IMG/VR virus record: IMGVR_UViG_3300006045_001036
Length of the DNA stretch: 64,000 bases
From: a virus
Taxonomy: Duplodnaviria; Caudoviricetes
Strand: one strand, 5' to 3'
The translations under genes and the position numbers were made by a program. Each line of letters starts with the position of its first letter. The stretch's first letter is position 1. Below, piece after piece: positions 1 through 8,906 of this stretch. The notes beneath the pieces are model-generated. The model saw only the letters and a list, made by a program, of their open reading frames with translations. It had not been told where the DNA came from and did no database searches.

Positions 1-66
1 ACGGAGGGACAAAGCCTTATTGCATAACAACCTCTATCCGCACTCTTAACAAGGTTAACGCCGATT

Positions 67-333
67 TTAAGGATGACTGCGAGTTTCTGTCGGATTACTT
101 CCGGCACCATTCTTCTCAACCCGCACATCTTCGGGTTTTATTCCTTCGCCTATAACCTCAATACGTCCGATGTCAAACCAGTGAGAGTCCTGTATTTTGC
201 CATCTTTGTCGAGCGATGGAGATAAACCAACCGTGTCACAGCCGTATAGGTGAGTGGCTACACCTGTAACAATTCCTGTAAAGCCTGTTATCTTGTCTTT
301 GCCTTGTTTTCCAAGTAATTCCTTAGTATCCAT
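67..333 (-). CDS. Conserved phage hypothetical protein
   Basis: AAAGGAG RBS; KDKITGFTGIVTG...LYGC...WFD pattern familiar from phage hypotheticals. Confidence 0.75.
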   Translation of the reverse strand: MDTKELLGKQGKDKITGFTGIVTGVATHLYGCDTVGLSPSLDKDGKIQDSHWFDIGRIEVIGEGIKPEDVRVEKNGAGSNPTETRSHP

Positions 334-371
334 GTTTGGGCTCCTTTCAATTCATGTAAGAATAAATGCGT

Positions 372-590
372 TTATTTCGCTCTCCACGAAATACGCCCTT
401 TAGTCAAATCATACGGCGACATCTCCACCGTAACCTTATCACCCCGAATAACCTTAATGTGGTTCATTCGAAGTCGTCCCGAGATATTACAGCGAACCTT
501 GTGACCGTTGCCGAAAATTACGTTAAAGAATCCGCTCGGCAGTACCTCGTCAACTACACCGTCAACCTCAATTACATCGTCTTTAGCCAT
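372..590 (-). CDS. infA: Translation initiation factor IF-1
   Basis: 72 aa, MAKDDVIEVDGVV..VLP...ISGRLRMNHIKV..GDKVTVEMSPYDLTKGRI matches IF-1 throughout; GGAGG RBS. Confidence 0.97.
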   Translation of the reverse strand: MAKDDVIEVDGVVDEVLPSGFFNVIFGNGHKVRCNISGRLRMNHIKVIRGDKVTVEMSPYDLTKGRISWRAK

Positions 591-1092
591 TTAACCCTCC
601 CCATCTTTCGCCGTCGTGCTTAAAAAGCCACTCGGCAGCTTCATTAACCCCTCGGAATTCAATAGGATATCCTTTATCGTTGGTTTCAAACACCCCTGTA
701 TCAGGATTGCGTAGAGCATATCCATACTTGCCTAAGCTTTTCAACCGCCCACCTTTCACAGCCGATGCGGTGAGCATCGCTCTGTAAAGATTTCGTTTTG
801 AATCCGTTTTAGAAATCACCTGAGCTTTCTTGAAATTGACGTCAGGTTTCGGGTTTGATTTCGCAGACGGTTGCGGAGAACCCTTAGACTTCGGCGGTCG
901 GTTCAAATTCATCGACTTACGATAAGTTTTTGGCTTTTCCACAGTGTTATCAGGCAGTTCAGTGTTAGGTAACTGCCTGAATTCCATAACTTCGATGTCT
1001 TTAAATTTGTCAGGATAACGTCGCTCGTAGTCCATAGCTTTCTGGCGAGCTTCTTGATACAGCTCACTTTCGCTCTTGTATTTGTATTTCAT
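583..1092 (-). CDS. Hypothetical basic protein
   Basis: ORF coupled to infA; ATG at 1092 after GGTGGAG. Confidence 0.7.
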   Translation of the reverse strand: MKYKYKSESELYQEARQKAMDYERRYPDKFKDIEVMEFRQLPNTELPDNTVEKPKTYRKSMNLNRPPKSKGSPQPSAKSNPKPDVNFKKAQVISKTDSKRNLYRAMLTASAVKGGRLKSLGKYGYALRNPDTGVFETNDKGYPIEFRGVNEAAEWLFKHDGERWGGLNG

Positions 1093-1120
1093 ATTCTCCA
1101 CCAAAGTACGGAAGGCTTGG

Positions 1121-1837
1121 TTAGCCGTCCAAAGTATCAGTTTCTGTTGTGCCGATACACGGAACAGAAACCGCTTGACCGCCGATTAAAGCGTTCGGAT
1201 TCTTCAAAATTTCGCCTTGAGCCAGCGATATGATACGGTTCTGAGTAAATGCTTCAATCTCTGACTTTGCTTGTGTTGTGGTCTTATCCATTGCCTGATT
1301 GAACTGTTTAGACAGAAACGGTATCGAATCCTGATAGGATTTCTGTGCCTTGTGAAGCAACTCAATAACTTGGGATTTCTCGGATTTGTTTAAAGCCTTT
1401 CCGCTAACGAACAGTGCTTCGACTTTCTCGAGAGCATCGTTAATTGCCTGAGTGCCTTCCTCGCAATCCGTCCTGAAATCTTCAGCAAACTTATTTCTTT
1501 GGTCTTCAAACGGACACCGTTCTGTAATCTTACCTTGGAATCGAGTTAACGTAACAGGTACTCCGTCTCCGCAATTCATCGAGGTGATTGCTTCAGCAAA
1601 CTGAGCTTGAGACATCTCGACCTCAATGAGTTGTTCGCCGCCAAAATACCACTCTCTGGAGAGGTCTCGTTGAAGTTCACTGCGACAAATCCGCATAGTG
1701 ATAGTGTTTATATGTTCTATAGAAGACCCATACAAATGAACCCCGCTACTGCGTTGATTACGACTGAAAGATAACTGTGCGTAGCTCTCATGTGTTGATT
1801 TAGATTCATTCCATTTACTCGTATCTACACTTGGCAT
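1121..1837 (-). CDS. Conserved phage hypothetical protein
   Basis: Start reassigned to ATG 1837 after AAGGAG; LYGSSIEH...LIEVEMSQAQFAEAITSMN pattern. Confidence 0.75.
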   Translation of the reverse strand: MPSVDTSKWNESKSTHESYAQLSFSRNQRSSGVHLYGSSIEHINTITMRICRSELQRDLSREWYFGGEQLIEVEMSQAQFAEAITSMNCGDGVPVTLTRFQGKITERCPFEDQRNKFAEDFRTDCEEGTQAINDALEKVEALFVSGKALNKSEKSQVIELLHKAQKSYQDSIPFLSKQFNQAMDKTTTQAKSEIEAFTQNRIISLAQGEILKNPNALIGGQAVSVPCIGTTETDTLDG

Positions 1838-1856
1838 ATTAAAAATACTCCTTACA

Positions 1857-2837
1857 TCAAAATTCCCAGCAACCAATCCACTCGGCTTGTGTTGTTCGTA
1901 GGTTACGGTGGTGGCGGTCAACAGCGTCTTGGGATGCTCTTTTAGCACCACCGACTCCCCAGCCGTTTGCTGCCAAAAGCTTTGCTTGACTCCAACCATA
2001 ATATTCCCCGACAGCTTGGTACCTTGTTAGATAGTACTCAGTCAATTGTTGTACATTAAATGGGTCGAGTCCGTCGGGATAATAAAGCAATGCGAGTTTT
2101 GCTTGAGATTCTGTTGGATAAGCAATCGTCTGCTCACGATATATTGCAACAGGCTTAAATCCTGTAATTTCTGTGTTATTGTTTGTATACCAGAGTGTGT
2201 TATCGTAGTTATTGCATTGAATAAGACCTGCCGACAAGAAGCCGTTGGTGTCCCTCCCATATAGATTTGGGTCTCCGCCAGTCTCTCGAATGAAGATAGA
2301 TAGTAAATTATCAAAATCAGGTTTGATGACATATTTCTCTTTAGACCACTCGGCATAAACAGTATCGAGAACATCCACAGTGAAGGGAATGCCGTTGTAT
2401 AATCCTGTGTACCGTGAATTTTCCAACGTGTTGTATATAAATGAGAACTTGCCGTCTGACGAAACCCAAATTCCGTTTTCTGTATCGGTAGTCGGTATAT
2501 CCACTGCCTCGGGTTCTGCTTCAAGTTCCGCCTCGGTAATTAGCTCCACTCTCTCAATCGGTTCTCTTTTAAGTTTGGTCGTCGGTGTTACTTCAGGCGG
2601 GTTTTCGATTTGTATTAGTTCTTGTTCAATTGTCATTTCTGTTTCAATCGTAGACGTATTATCACCAAAAATCATTCCGACGATAATAAGGACAAAAGCA
2701 ACAGGGATGGCTAAAGCTCCTGACTTCTCAATGATTCTCGATTTCCAGAGCCACCTCCCAAACATCCAAATTACTATTCCCGCAACCTGAAGAGTGGATA
2801 ATACTGCTGTGGTTACTTTCCTTGTAAGACTTCGCAT
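1857..2837 (-). CDS. Membrane-anchored lytic transglycosylase/lysozyme-fold protein
   Basis: Two N-terminal hydrophobic segments; IFIRETGGDPN...SAGLIQ resembles the SLT catalytic Glu and GLMQ motifs. Confidence 0.6.
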   Translation of the reverse strand: MRSLTRKVTTAVLSTLQVAGIVIWMFGRWLWKSRIIEKSGALAIPVAFVLIIVGMIFGDNTSTIETEMTIEQELIQIENPPEVTPTTKLKREPIERVELITEAELEAEPEAVDIPTTDTENGIWVSSDGKFSFIYNTLENSRYTGLYNGIPFTVDVLDTVYAEWSKEKYVIKPDFDNLLSIFIRETGGDPNLYGRDTNGFLSAGLIQCNNYDNTLWYTNNNTEITGFKPVAIYREQTIAYPTESQAKLALLYYPDGLDPFNVQQLTEYYLTRYQAVGEYYGWSQAKLLAANGWGVGGAKRASQDAVDRHHRNLRTTQAEWIGCWEF

Positions 2838-2947
2838 ATAAATACCTTTTCCCTTTCCGACCCATTCAAATAATATCAGACACGTATTCAGACTGTTGGC
2901 AGTATGTATACGTGTCTAAATAAGTTTGTCGGGCGGGTCATTGGCTG

Positions 2948-3589
2948 TTACCCGACGTATTCTTTGTAGTTGGCTTCCTGCTCTTTCTTCAAAATCTCAA
3001 TGAACTCTGTCATTGCAACACTGAGATTGAATACAACAACCTCTTCGCCGTACTTCGGAGACGACATGGATTTAACAACTTTAGTCTCTGCTGTTGAGCA
3101 GTAGTCTGTTAAAAACTTTACCAAGTCTATACCACAGAGCTTGTGTCGATAGTGGTTTCCGTAAACCTTGGCAATAATCTCACTGCAAACAGGAAACGGC
3201 GAGTTCGGGTCATCTGATGTCCCGATGGTTACATAGACTGTGCCGTTAGCGAGTTCAGACCAGATGTTACCGCCGACAATATCCTTGTAACCTGCGACAG
3301 CAAGTTCTAAGAAATAGCGGATAACACCGAGAAAATTGAATCGTCTGGAAAATATGTTGTCTCTAACTGATGTGGGAAATCCCGAGTAATACAGGTCGCC
3401 GTACCAGTCTTGGCACTGGTCGATAATGTGAAGGGCATCCCATACGTTGTGAACGTACTTCTTACCGAAATTCGGATTACCGTAATTTCCGCTATCACAG
3501 AGTTCCTTAAACCCCTCCAACTCAATTGCTTTTAAAGCTTTGAGTAGCTTGGTATTGAGGGCGGGGTTCATCCAACGCTTATTATCCAT
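2948..3589 (-). CDS. Hypothetical protein, paralogue of 3884..4507
   Basis: AAAGGAG RBS before ATG 3589; shares NF(L/V)G(V/I)IRYFL with 3884..4507. Confidence 0.75.
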   Translation of the reverse strand: MDNKRWMNPALNTKLLKALKAIELEGFKELCDSGNYGNPNFGKKYVHNVWDALHIIDQCQDWYGDLYYSGFPTSVRDNIFSRRFNFLGVIRYFLELAVAGYKDIVGGNIWSELANGTVYVTIGTSDDPNSPFPVCSEIIAKVYGNHYRHKLCGIDLVKFLTDYCSTAETKVVKSMSSPKYGEEVVVFNLSVAMTEFIEILKKEQEANYKEYVG

Positions 3590-3659
3590 TCTCAAACTCC
3601 TTTCCAGTCGAGCAGATTCGACCAACTCGTAAATAAATGCTGATTACATTAACCGCATA

Positions 3660-3887
3660 CTACGAGTTCTTCGCTTTCAAAATTCGTACAATCTCTTTGG
3701 AAGAGACCAATTTCGCACCTCGGCGAACTGCCAACGCTCGCATCCGAGCTGTCGTTAAATCGTAATGCGGATACTTCTTGTCTTGAAACCACTCATATTT
3801 CAGGGTTAGAGTACCGACAGCGAACTTATGAAGCTCGTGGATTTCGCCATCGGTAATCAAATGCCCGACTTTATCTACGTATATTAT
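3660..3887 (-). CDS. DUF4031-like protein (probable ATA start)
   Basis: IYVD..GHLITD..ELHKFA...WFQ...PHYDLT...R..AV..GA pattern; the frame extends upstream of the called TTG to an ATA overlapping the upstream TAA. Confidence 0.75.
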   Translation of the reverse strand: MIYVDKVGHLITDGEIHELHKFAVGTLTLKYEWFQDKKYPHYDLTTARMRALAVRRGAKLVSSKEIVRILKAKNS

Positions 3888-4507
3888 CCTAACCCGCTTT
3901 CGTGTCGTTGTTCATGAGTGACAACGTGAAGGAAAGCTGCGACAGCGTTCACAAGGTTGATGTAACGGCGATTATCGGAAGGGTCGTCTTCGTTCTCGTA
4001 CAGCGTGTAAATAACGGGTTCATAGTCGGCGAGATACTTGATAAAGCGGTCTTCGCAAACCTTCATAACTACCGTATTGACATCTATACCGAAACACTCT
4101 TTGTATATAGGACAACCTGGATTGATATAGTTAGTAGGGTCGATAATTATCCAAGCATCGGGGTTTGGACGTTTGAGTAGATTTGAAGGAAGCTGCTCTT
4201 TCGGCACAAAATCATTATCCACTGTTAACTCACCTTCTTGGAGCATTTGTCGAAGAAAATAACGTATAATACCGACAAAATTCTTTCTCAGCACAGCCCT
4301 CTCCCGATGACTCTCGCTACGAATAACACCCATATCGTTAAATAATTCGCTGCTCCAGTCGTAGGTCTGCAACAACCACAAGGCTTTAAGCATTTCGGTA
4401 GCGAACGGTGATGGGAGTTCCTTCGCTCCCGCCGACCGTTTACCCGCATGACGAGCGATGTTCTTCATTACACGATTAAGAGTCTGTTCTTGGTCTTTAG
4501 TTATCAT
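3884..4507 (-). CDS. Hypothetical protein, paralogue of 2948..3589
   Basis: 207 aa ORF in operon; shared motifs with 2948..3589. Confidence 0.75.
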   Translation of the reverse strand: MITKDQEQTLNRVMKNIARHAGKRSAGAKELPSPFATEMLKALWLLQTYDWSSELFNDMGVIRSESHRERAVLRKNFVGIIRYFLRQMLQEGELTVDNDFVPKEQLPSNLLKRPNPDAWIIIDPTNYINPGCPIYKECFGIDVNTVVMKVCEDRFIKYLADYEPVIYTLYENEDDPSDNRRYINLVNAVAAFLHVVTHEQRHESGLG

Positions 4508-4901
4508 TGTTCTTCTCCATTTCTTCCCAGTAATCCTCTATCAGCATCAGCTCACTTGTCGTGTACTTATAGAGATTGTCGTTGTGTCGGTTCTCTTCCA
4601 CAGCGTTGTCTCTATAATTCAACTCATCAGCAACTTCGGCAAGAGTGACACCACTGTTCTTTAGCGATTGAATCCAGTGAGGGATGGCATATTGCTTAAT
4701 TTGGTAAAACTGACTTTCCCTGACTCGCTCCGTCTCAAAAACCAACCCACCGTCAATAAGTTTCTTTGCTATATTATAGCTTGTCGGTCGAGGGAATTTG
4801 CCGTAGATAAACGCTGACTCCTTGTCGTGCCACACTTGAAGATTACCACGCTTTCCACCGCTCTTAATGTCATCAAAAGCCTTCTGTAAAAACTTATTCA
4901 T
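4497..4901 (-). CDS. Hypothetical protein
   Basis: GGAGG RBS, ATGA overlap with upstream gene. Confidence 0.7.
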   Translation of the reverse strand: MNKFLQKAFDDIKSGGKRGNLQVWHDKESAFIYGKFPRPTSYNIAKKLIDGGLVFETERVRESQFYQIKQYAIPHWIQSLKNSGVTLAEVADELNYRDNAVEENRHNDNLYKYTTSELMLIEDYWEEMEKNNDN

Positions 4902-5131
4902 ACCAAAACATCCTCCTTGTACGTTCCAATGGTTTCCCCGCCAGTCAAAATAGCTAATGCGTCTTTGGCAACAATCAAATCCGCTCGAAGAAAAATTACG
5001 CTCATCTTGCTGTTGCGGGTTCTCTTGTCAGTTCTCTTAATCTTTCCTTCGAGTTCGGCGATATTTGACCGTACCCATGCTTCACCCTTAGCGATTCTAC
5101 ATTTCAAAGAAATATCTTGCCATCCTGCCAT
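4898..5131 (-). CDS. Hypothetical protein
   Basis: AAAGGAG RBS; GCATT promoter motif upstream. Confidence 0.7.
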   Translation of the reverse strand: MAGWQDISLKCRIAKGEAWVRSNIAELEGKIKRTDKRTRNSKMSVIFLRADLIVAKDALAILTGGETIGTYKEDVLV

Positions 5132-5190
5132 AATCTTTCTCCTTTCACATCATAACACTTATCGCTCTATAGAAAGTAATGCTAAAGTTT

Positions 5191-5212
5191 TAACCGCTCC
5201 GTAGAGCGGTTA
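5191..5212. terminator. Hairpin TAACCGCTC-CGTA-GAGCGGTTA
   Basis: Perfect 9 bp inverted repeat just downstream of 5217..5876. Confidence 0.6.
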
Positions 5213-5216
5213 GAAT

Positions 5217-5876
5217 TTATTTGTCTTTTAGTGTGTTTATCAAATCCGATTTGATTATCAGTGCGACTCCGAGCGGAATAAGCAACGCTGCCTCCAGTAT
5301 CCATACAATCAAACTGTCTTGAATATCAAATGTCGCCGTCATACTGCCAACCATGCCGTGTTCGAGTAAAGCAAACAAAGCACAAAGAGATATAAAACCC
5401 AGTATAAAGTACACAATTTTTCGGGTCTTGTTTTTCCCTTTGGTAAATAAGTACATGACCCACAACACCATTGCTGCAAATCCGACCCCCGCTCCTATAC
5501 AATGAACTATCGTCGATATCTTTGGAGTTAACCCGAATAGTCCTAATTTGTCAAGTTCTTCTGTCCATCGACTTTCTACAGGCTGAACGACTGTGAAGAA
5601 CATCCCGATACCGATTACATTTGTTATCCAGTTGTCGAGGTTGCTGTACCCTTTGTAAACGATACAAAACAGAAGGACTATACCCAGTCCGAGCGGCAGT
5701 ATCATACTTGTTGTCGCTGTGGTTGTTGCTGAGGCAGATATCGAAGGAAACAAACCGTAATCCTTATAAAACAACAAGGTCTGTATCTGCGGCACAATCC
5801 CAACCAGTATTGAAACAATCCCCATAACAAACAGAGAAATACGGTCTTGTTTAGTAATCATAACTTCAACCTCCAT
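5217..5876 (-). CDS. Multi-pass membrane protein (DUF998-like)
   Basis: About six hydrophobic segments; SISA and conserved His (IVHCIGA) pattern. Confidence 0.65.
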   Translation of the reverse strand: MEVEVMITKQDRISLFVMGIVSILVGIVPQIQTLLFYKDYGLFPSISASATTTATTSMILPLGLGIVLLFCIVYKGYSNLDNWITNVIGIGMFFTVVQPVESRWTEELDKLGLFGLTPKISTIVHCIGAGVGFAAMVLWVMYLFTKGKNKTRKIVYFILGFISLCALFALLEHGMVGSMTATFDIQDSLIVWILEAALLIPLGVALIIKSDLINTLKDK

Positions 5877-5949
5877 ATAAATTCAACTGACTTAAAGTTT
5901 ATCGCTTCAAGTCAGTTGAGAATATGAAGGTCGTCCGTAATTGTTGAAT

Positions 5950-6219
5950 TTAAGTACCGCTTTTCTTATCTGCACCAGTGGTTTTTGCAGACGGTTTTCT
6001 TGACGGCGGTTTCTTTGTCGGAGGTTTCGGAGGTTCATCGTTGTTGAGTAACCTTTGCAAAGTTTCGATAGAACCTTGTTTTCTTGTCAATTCAGCACTG
6101 ATTGCTACCATCTGTTCTTGGATTCTCTGTGCCTCGGTAGCTAAAGCATTGTACTGCTTGCCTAATTCCGCATAAGCCTTGGTTTCGGTTTCCAATTGTT
6201 TTTTAATATTTGCTTCCAT
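5950..6219 (-). CDS. Small coiled-coil protein
   Basis: AGGAGG RBS before ATG 6219; heptad pattern followed by Pro/Lys tail. Confidence 0.7.
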   Translation of the reverse strand: MEANIKKQLETETKAYAELGKQYNALATEAQRIQEQMVAISAELTRKQGSIETLQRLLNNDEPPKPPTKKPPSRKPSAKTTGADKKSGT

Positions 6220-6227
6220 AATTCCTC

Positions 6228-6509
6228 CTACTGCGGAGCAGCGACAAGAGCGTAGATGAAATCCGCTCTCTTTGCCGTAGCTCTCGCCCACTCAACTAAC
6301 TGCCAGTCTTTAGGACATTCACGACACAGATAATTACAAGCAATCTCTTGCATCCGAGCATGGGTTATTTCAAGTTTTTCGCCGACCTCCATGTCTTCCT
6401 TTTTCATTACCTCAAGTACAGAATTGTGTACATGAACGTCGTCGAGCCAGCACTGAACATCATCGTGTTCGTGAGCACCGACCACATACAATTTCGCTTT
6501 GTAGTTCAT
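6228..6509 (-). CDS. Hypothetical protein
   Basis: AAGGAG RBS; GCATT motif at 6544-6548. Confidence 0.7.
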   Translation of the reverse strand: MNYKAKLYVVGAHEHDDVQCWLDDVHVHNSVLEVMKKEDMEVGEKLEITHARMQEIACNYLCRECPKDWQLVEWARATAKRADFIYALVAAPQ

Positions 6510-6536
6510 AATTTTCTCCTTATTACTATTACTTTG

Positions 6537-7355
6537 TTAAGAAAATGCGTTTTGTGACGCATTGTATATTTGCATTTCGACTTCCCGCTCTCGGTTTTTG
6601 AGGTAACGACGCCAATCTCTGTCTATCCAAAGCTCTTGACCCACAACATTAGAACAAAGCGGACAAGGTTTTCGAAACTTAGGCGGACTCATTTTCCAAA
6701 CTTTCGCACCTCGGTCATCAGGATGTAAGTCTAAATCCCCTTCCACGTTATACTTCTTACACATCGTACACTGGTTGATATCGCCATTAGAGTATACCAA
6801 CGTCCATGATTTGAAAAAAGAAACAGGTTTTCCTTGCAGTTTCCCGTAAATCTTACCTTTATCTTTACCGTGAAATATTTGGTATTCTCCGAGTTTGTAA
6901 GGAATTCCGTTTTCTTCGCAGTACTTTACTTTGGCGAGCCAGTCCTGTTGAGGATTCTGGAGAATCAAAATCCAATCGTAATTATTTGGGTCGGGAACGA
7001 AAGAAATGTCTCGATGCCAAGCACAGATACGGATAAACCCTTTTGTCTTTGGGATGTGAACGATTCCATTGGTTTTTATCAAGCCATTATAGCCAACGGA
7101 TTCCATCCAAGCCAACCATTTCTCTAACCACCACGCCAGTGAAGGTTCTCCCCCCCGCACTTCAACAACAGTTTTATGTGCGGGAAAATATTCAATCATC
7201 CACGGCTTCAGCATCTCAAAATTAAGCTTGTTCCACGGATGGTTAATTGGAATTTGCCCCTCCGTTGCAGGACACTGTACACAACGGAGGTTGCAAGATT
7301 GAATTGGATATATTGTAAGCAGTCGTTGAGCCATGTTAATGCCCCAATAACTCAT
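6537..7355 (-). CDS. Radical SAM enzyme with C-terminal Cys cluster
   Basis: CNLRCVQC (CxxxCxxC), GGEP motif, C-terminal NGDINQCTMC...CPLC (twitch/SPASM-like). Confidence 0.85.
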   Translation of the reverse strand: MSYWGINMAQRLLTIYPIQSCNLRCVQCPATEGQIPINHPWNKLNFEMLKPWMIEYFPAHKTVVEVRGGEPSLAWWLEKWLAWMESVGYNGLIKTNGIVHIPKTKGFIRICAWHRDISFVPDPNNYDWILILQNPQQDWLAKVKYCEENGIPYKLGEYQIFHGKDKGKIYGKLQGKPVSFFKSWTLVYSNGDINQCTMCKKYNVEGDLDLHPDDRGAKVWKMSPPKFRKPCPLCSNVVGQELWIDRDWRRYLKNREREVEMQIYNASQNAFS

Positions 7356-7857
7356 CTACGGTTGCTTGAACCACCGCTTGTTCAGATTCGGGTATATCAC
7401 GAATATCAAGCTCTTCTTTGATAATCAATTCCGCTTGAATCGCTGACACAGGAACAGGCTCGACATTTCCGCCAAGACGTTCTACTTCTTGCATGAGATT
7501 TGCCACAACTAATTGGAGTTGTGTTATCTGGTCAGCTTGCGAAGAACTGGATGTAATTTCTTCGGGTGTTTGGGCTTTAATAGCTTCTGCTATCGTTTCT
7601 TGTTCTTTCTTTGACGCTCCCTCAATCCAAGTGCCGTCAGCTTTGCGTTTAGCAATCCTGAACCCTTGAATCTTTAAAAGCTCTTCTTGATTTACTTCAA
7701 CAATTTCATGTCCTTTAGGAGTACATCCACCTCCTTCGTAACAGGTATACTCAATTTGACCGATAAAGTAATCAATTTCAGACGAATCAAAACTATTTCT
7801 CAGTCTCTGAGTTTTAGTGTTTAAAAACAAGCAGGTCGTAACTTCAATATTATTCAT
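7336..7857 (-). CDS. Tail-fibre-associated assembly/chaperone-like protein
   Basis: Directly follows fibre-like gene; DGTWIEGA then helical C-terminus typical of Bacillota fibre chaperones. Confidence 0.45.
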   Translation of the reverse strand: MNNIEVTTCLFLNTKTQRLRNSFDSSEIDYFIGQIEYTCYEGGGCTPKGHEIVEVNQEELLKIQGFRIAKRKADGTWIEGASKKEQETIAEAIKAQTPEEITSSSSQADQITQLQLVVANLMQEVERLGGNVEPVPVSAIQAELIIKEELDIRDIPESEQAVVQATVDELLGH

Positions 7858-7879
7858 TGTTCATTCTCCTTTCTCCTTT

Positions 7880-8758
7880 CTAAGAACCGGATTGACGTTG
7901 ATTTCCGTATGAAAACCAAAAAGCGGTGATGTGAATGTCTGAAGGTAGAATTACCGTTGCTCCACTGCTACCTCTTCCCAAAGTAACATAGACTACTCCA
8001 TTCCCATCAATAGTCAACCCCATCGGAAAGTCGTTGGTAAGCGGATTGCCGCACGTTGCAACTTGTGAAAAAACACCTTGCTGCCAAAACGGAAGTAAAT
8101 AAGACGGAATTTTTGCGATTAAAGTTGACTGTCCAGAACCCTCTGAATGGGTTAATCTTGCGTGCCATACAACTAATTTCAAATGCCCAAAATCTAACAC
8201 TTGATATGTGTTTCTGTTTGCAGGATAACCTTGAGCTTGCCAACCGCTAAGAAGTTCAAAAGATAGCTTACTTACTTCGGCATCCGTAGACACCCCACTG
8301 AATTTCATCTTAGTCCATCCCCAGTTACCCTCCAGGTCCTTCATATAAGCTCGCATATGTTTTTGACCTGCTTGAGGTTTTAACCCCAAACCACCGCCTT
8401 CAGATTCATATACCGTATTCGTGGTGAAGGTCTGAACTGTCACCTCTTTGTCCTCAAACACCAGAACATCAATTTCAAGATTAAAAGGAGAAGAAACTAA
8501 CCCATCTTCTGAATTTGTTGGACCCAAAACAGAAAGGTCACTTCCACGATGCCCGAAACTGTATTTTCCTTCCCACTCTCTTCCACGCATATTGTCAATG
8601 TTGTAAGAGCCTTCTGTGATGACTTTTGTGCTACCATCTGCGGCACCGAGAAGCTCATCAATCAACGCCATATCAGCGTTGTAATCGCCCAAAAACGTCG
8701 GTTTATCCGAGCCAACAAACTGACTTAAACCTTTTGCGGTTTTATGGGTACTTGCCAT
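7880..8758 (-). CDS. Putative tail fibre / receptor-binding protein
   Basis: N-terminus MASTHKT..LSQFVGSDKPTFLGDYNADMALID is a familiar phage fibre anchor; C-terminal beta-rich domain. Confidence 0.6.
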   Translation of the reverse strand: MASTHKTAKGLSQFVGSDKPTFLGDYNADMALIDELLGAADGSTKVITEGSYNIDNMRGREWEGKYSFGHRGSDLSVLGPTNSEDGLVSSPFNLEIDVLVFEDKEVTVQTFTTNTVYESEGGGLGLKPQAGQKHMRAYMKDLEGNWGWTKMKFSGVSTDAEVSKLSFELLSGWQAQGYPANRNTYQVLDFGHLKLVVWHARLTHSEGSGQSTLIAKIPSYLLPFWQQGVFSQVATCGNPLTNDFPMGLTIDGNGVVYVTLGRGSSGATVILPSDIHITAFWFSYGNQRQSGS

Positions 8759-8906
8759 TATAATACCTCCAAACTTTATTCTAAATTACCTTAATTCAAT
8801 AAAAATTTTAATCGAATTATTCCGAAAGAACAGAGCTGTTAAATTGGTTAGCGAGAATTTTCCGAGCATAAAAATGAGTTATTGTCATATACATACCGTC
8901 AAATTG

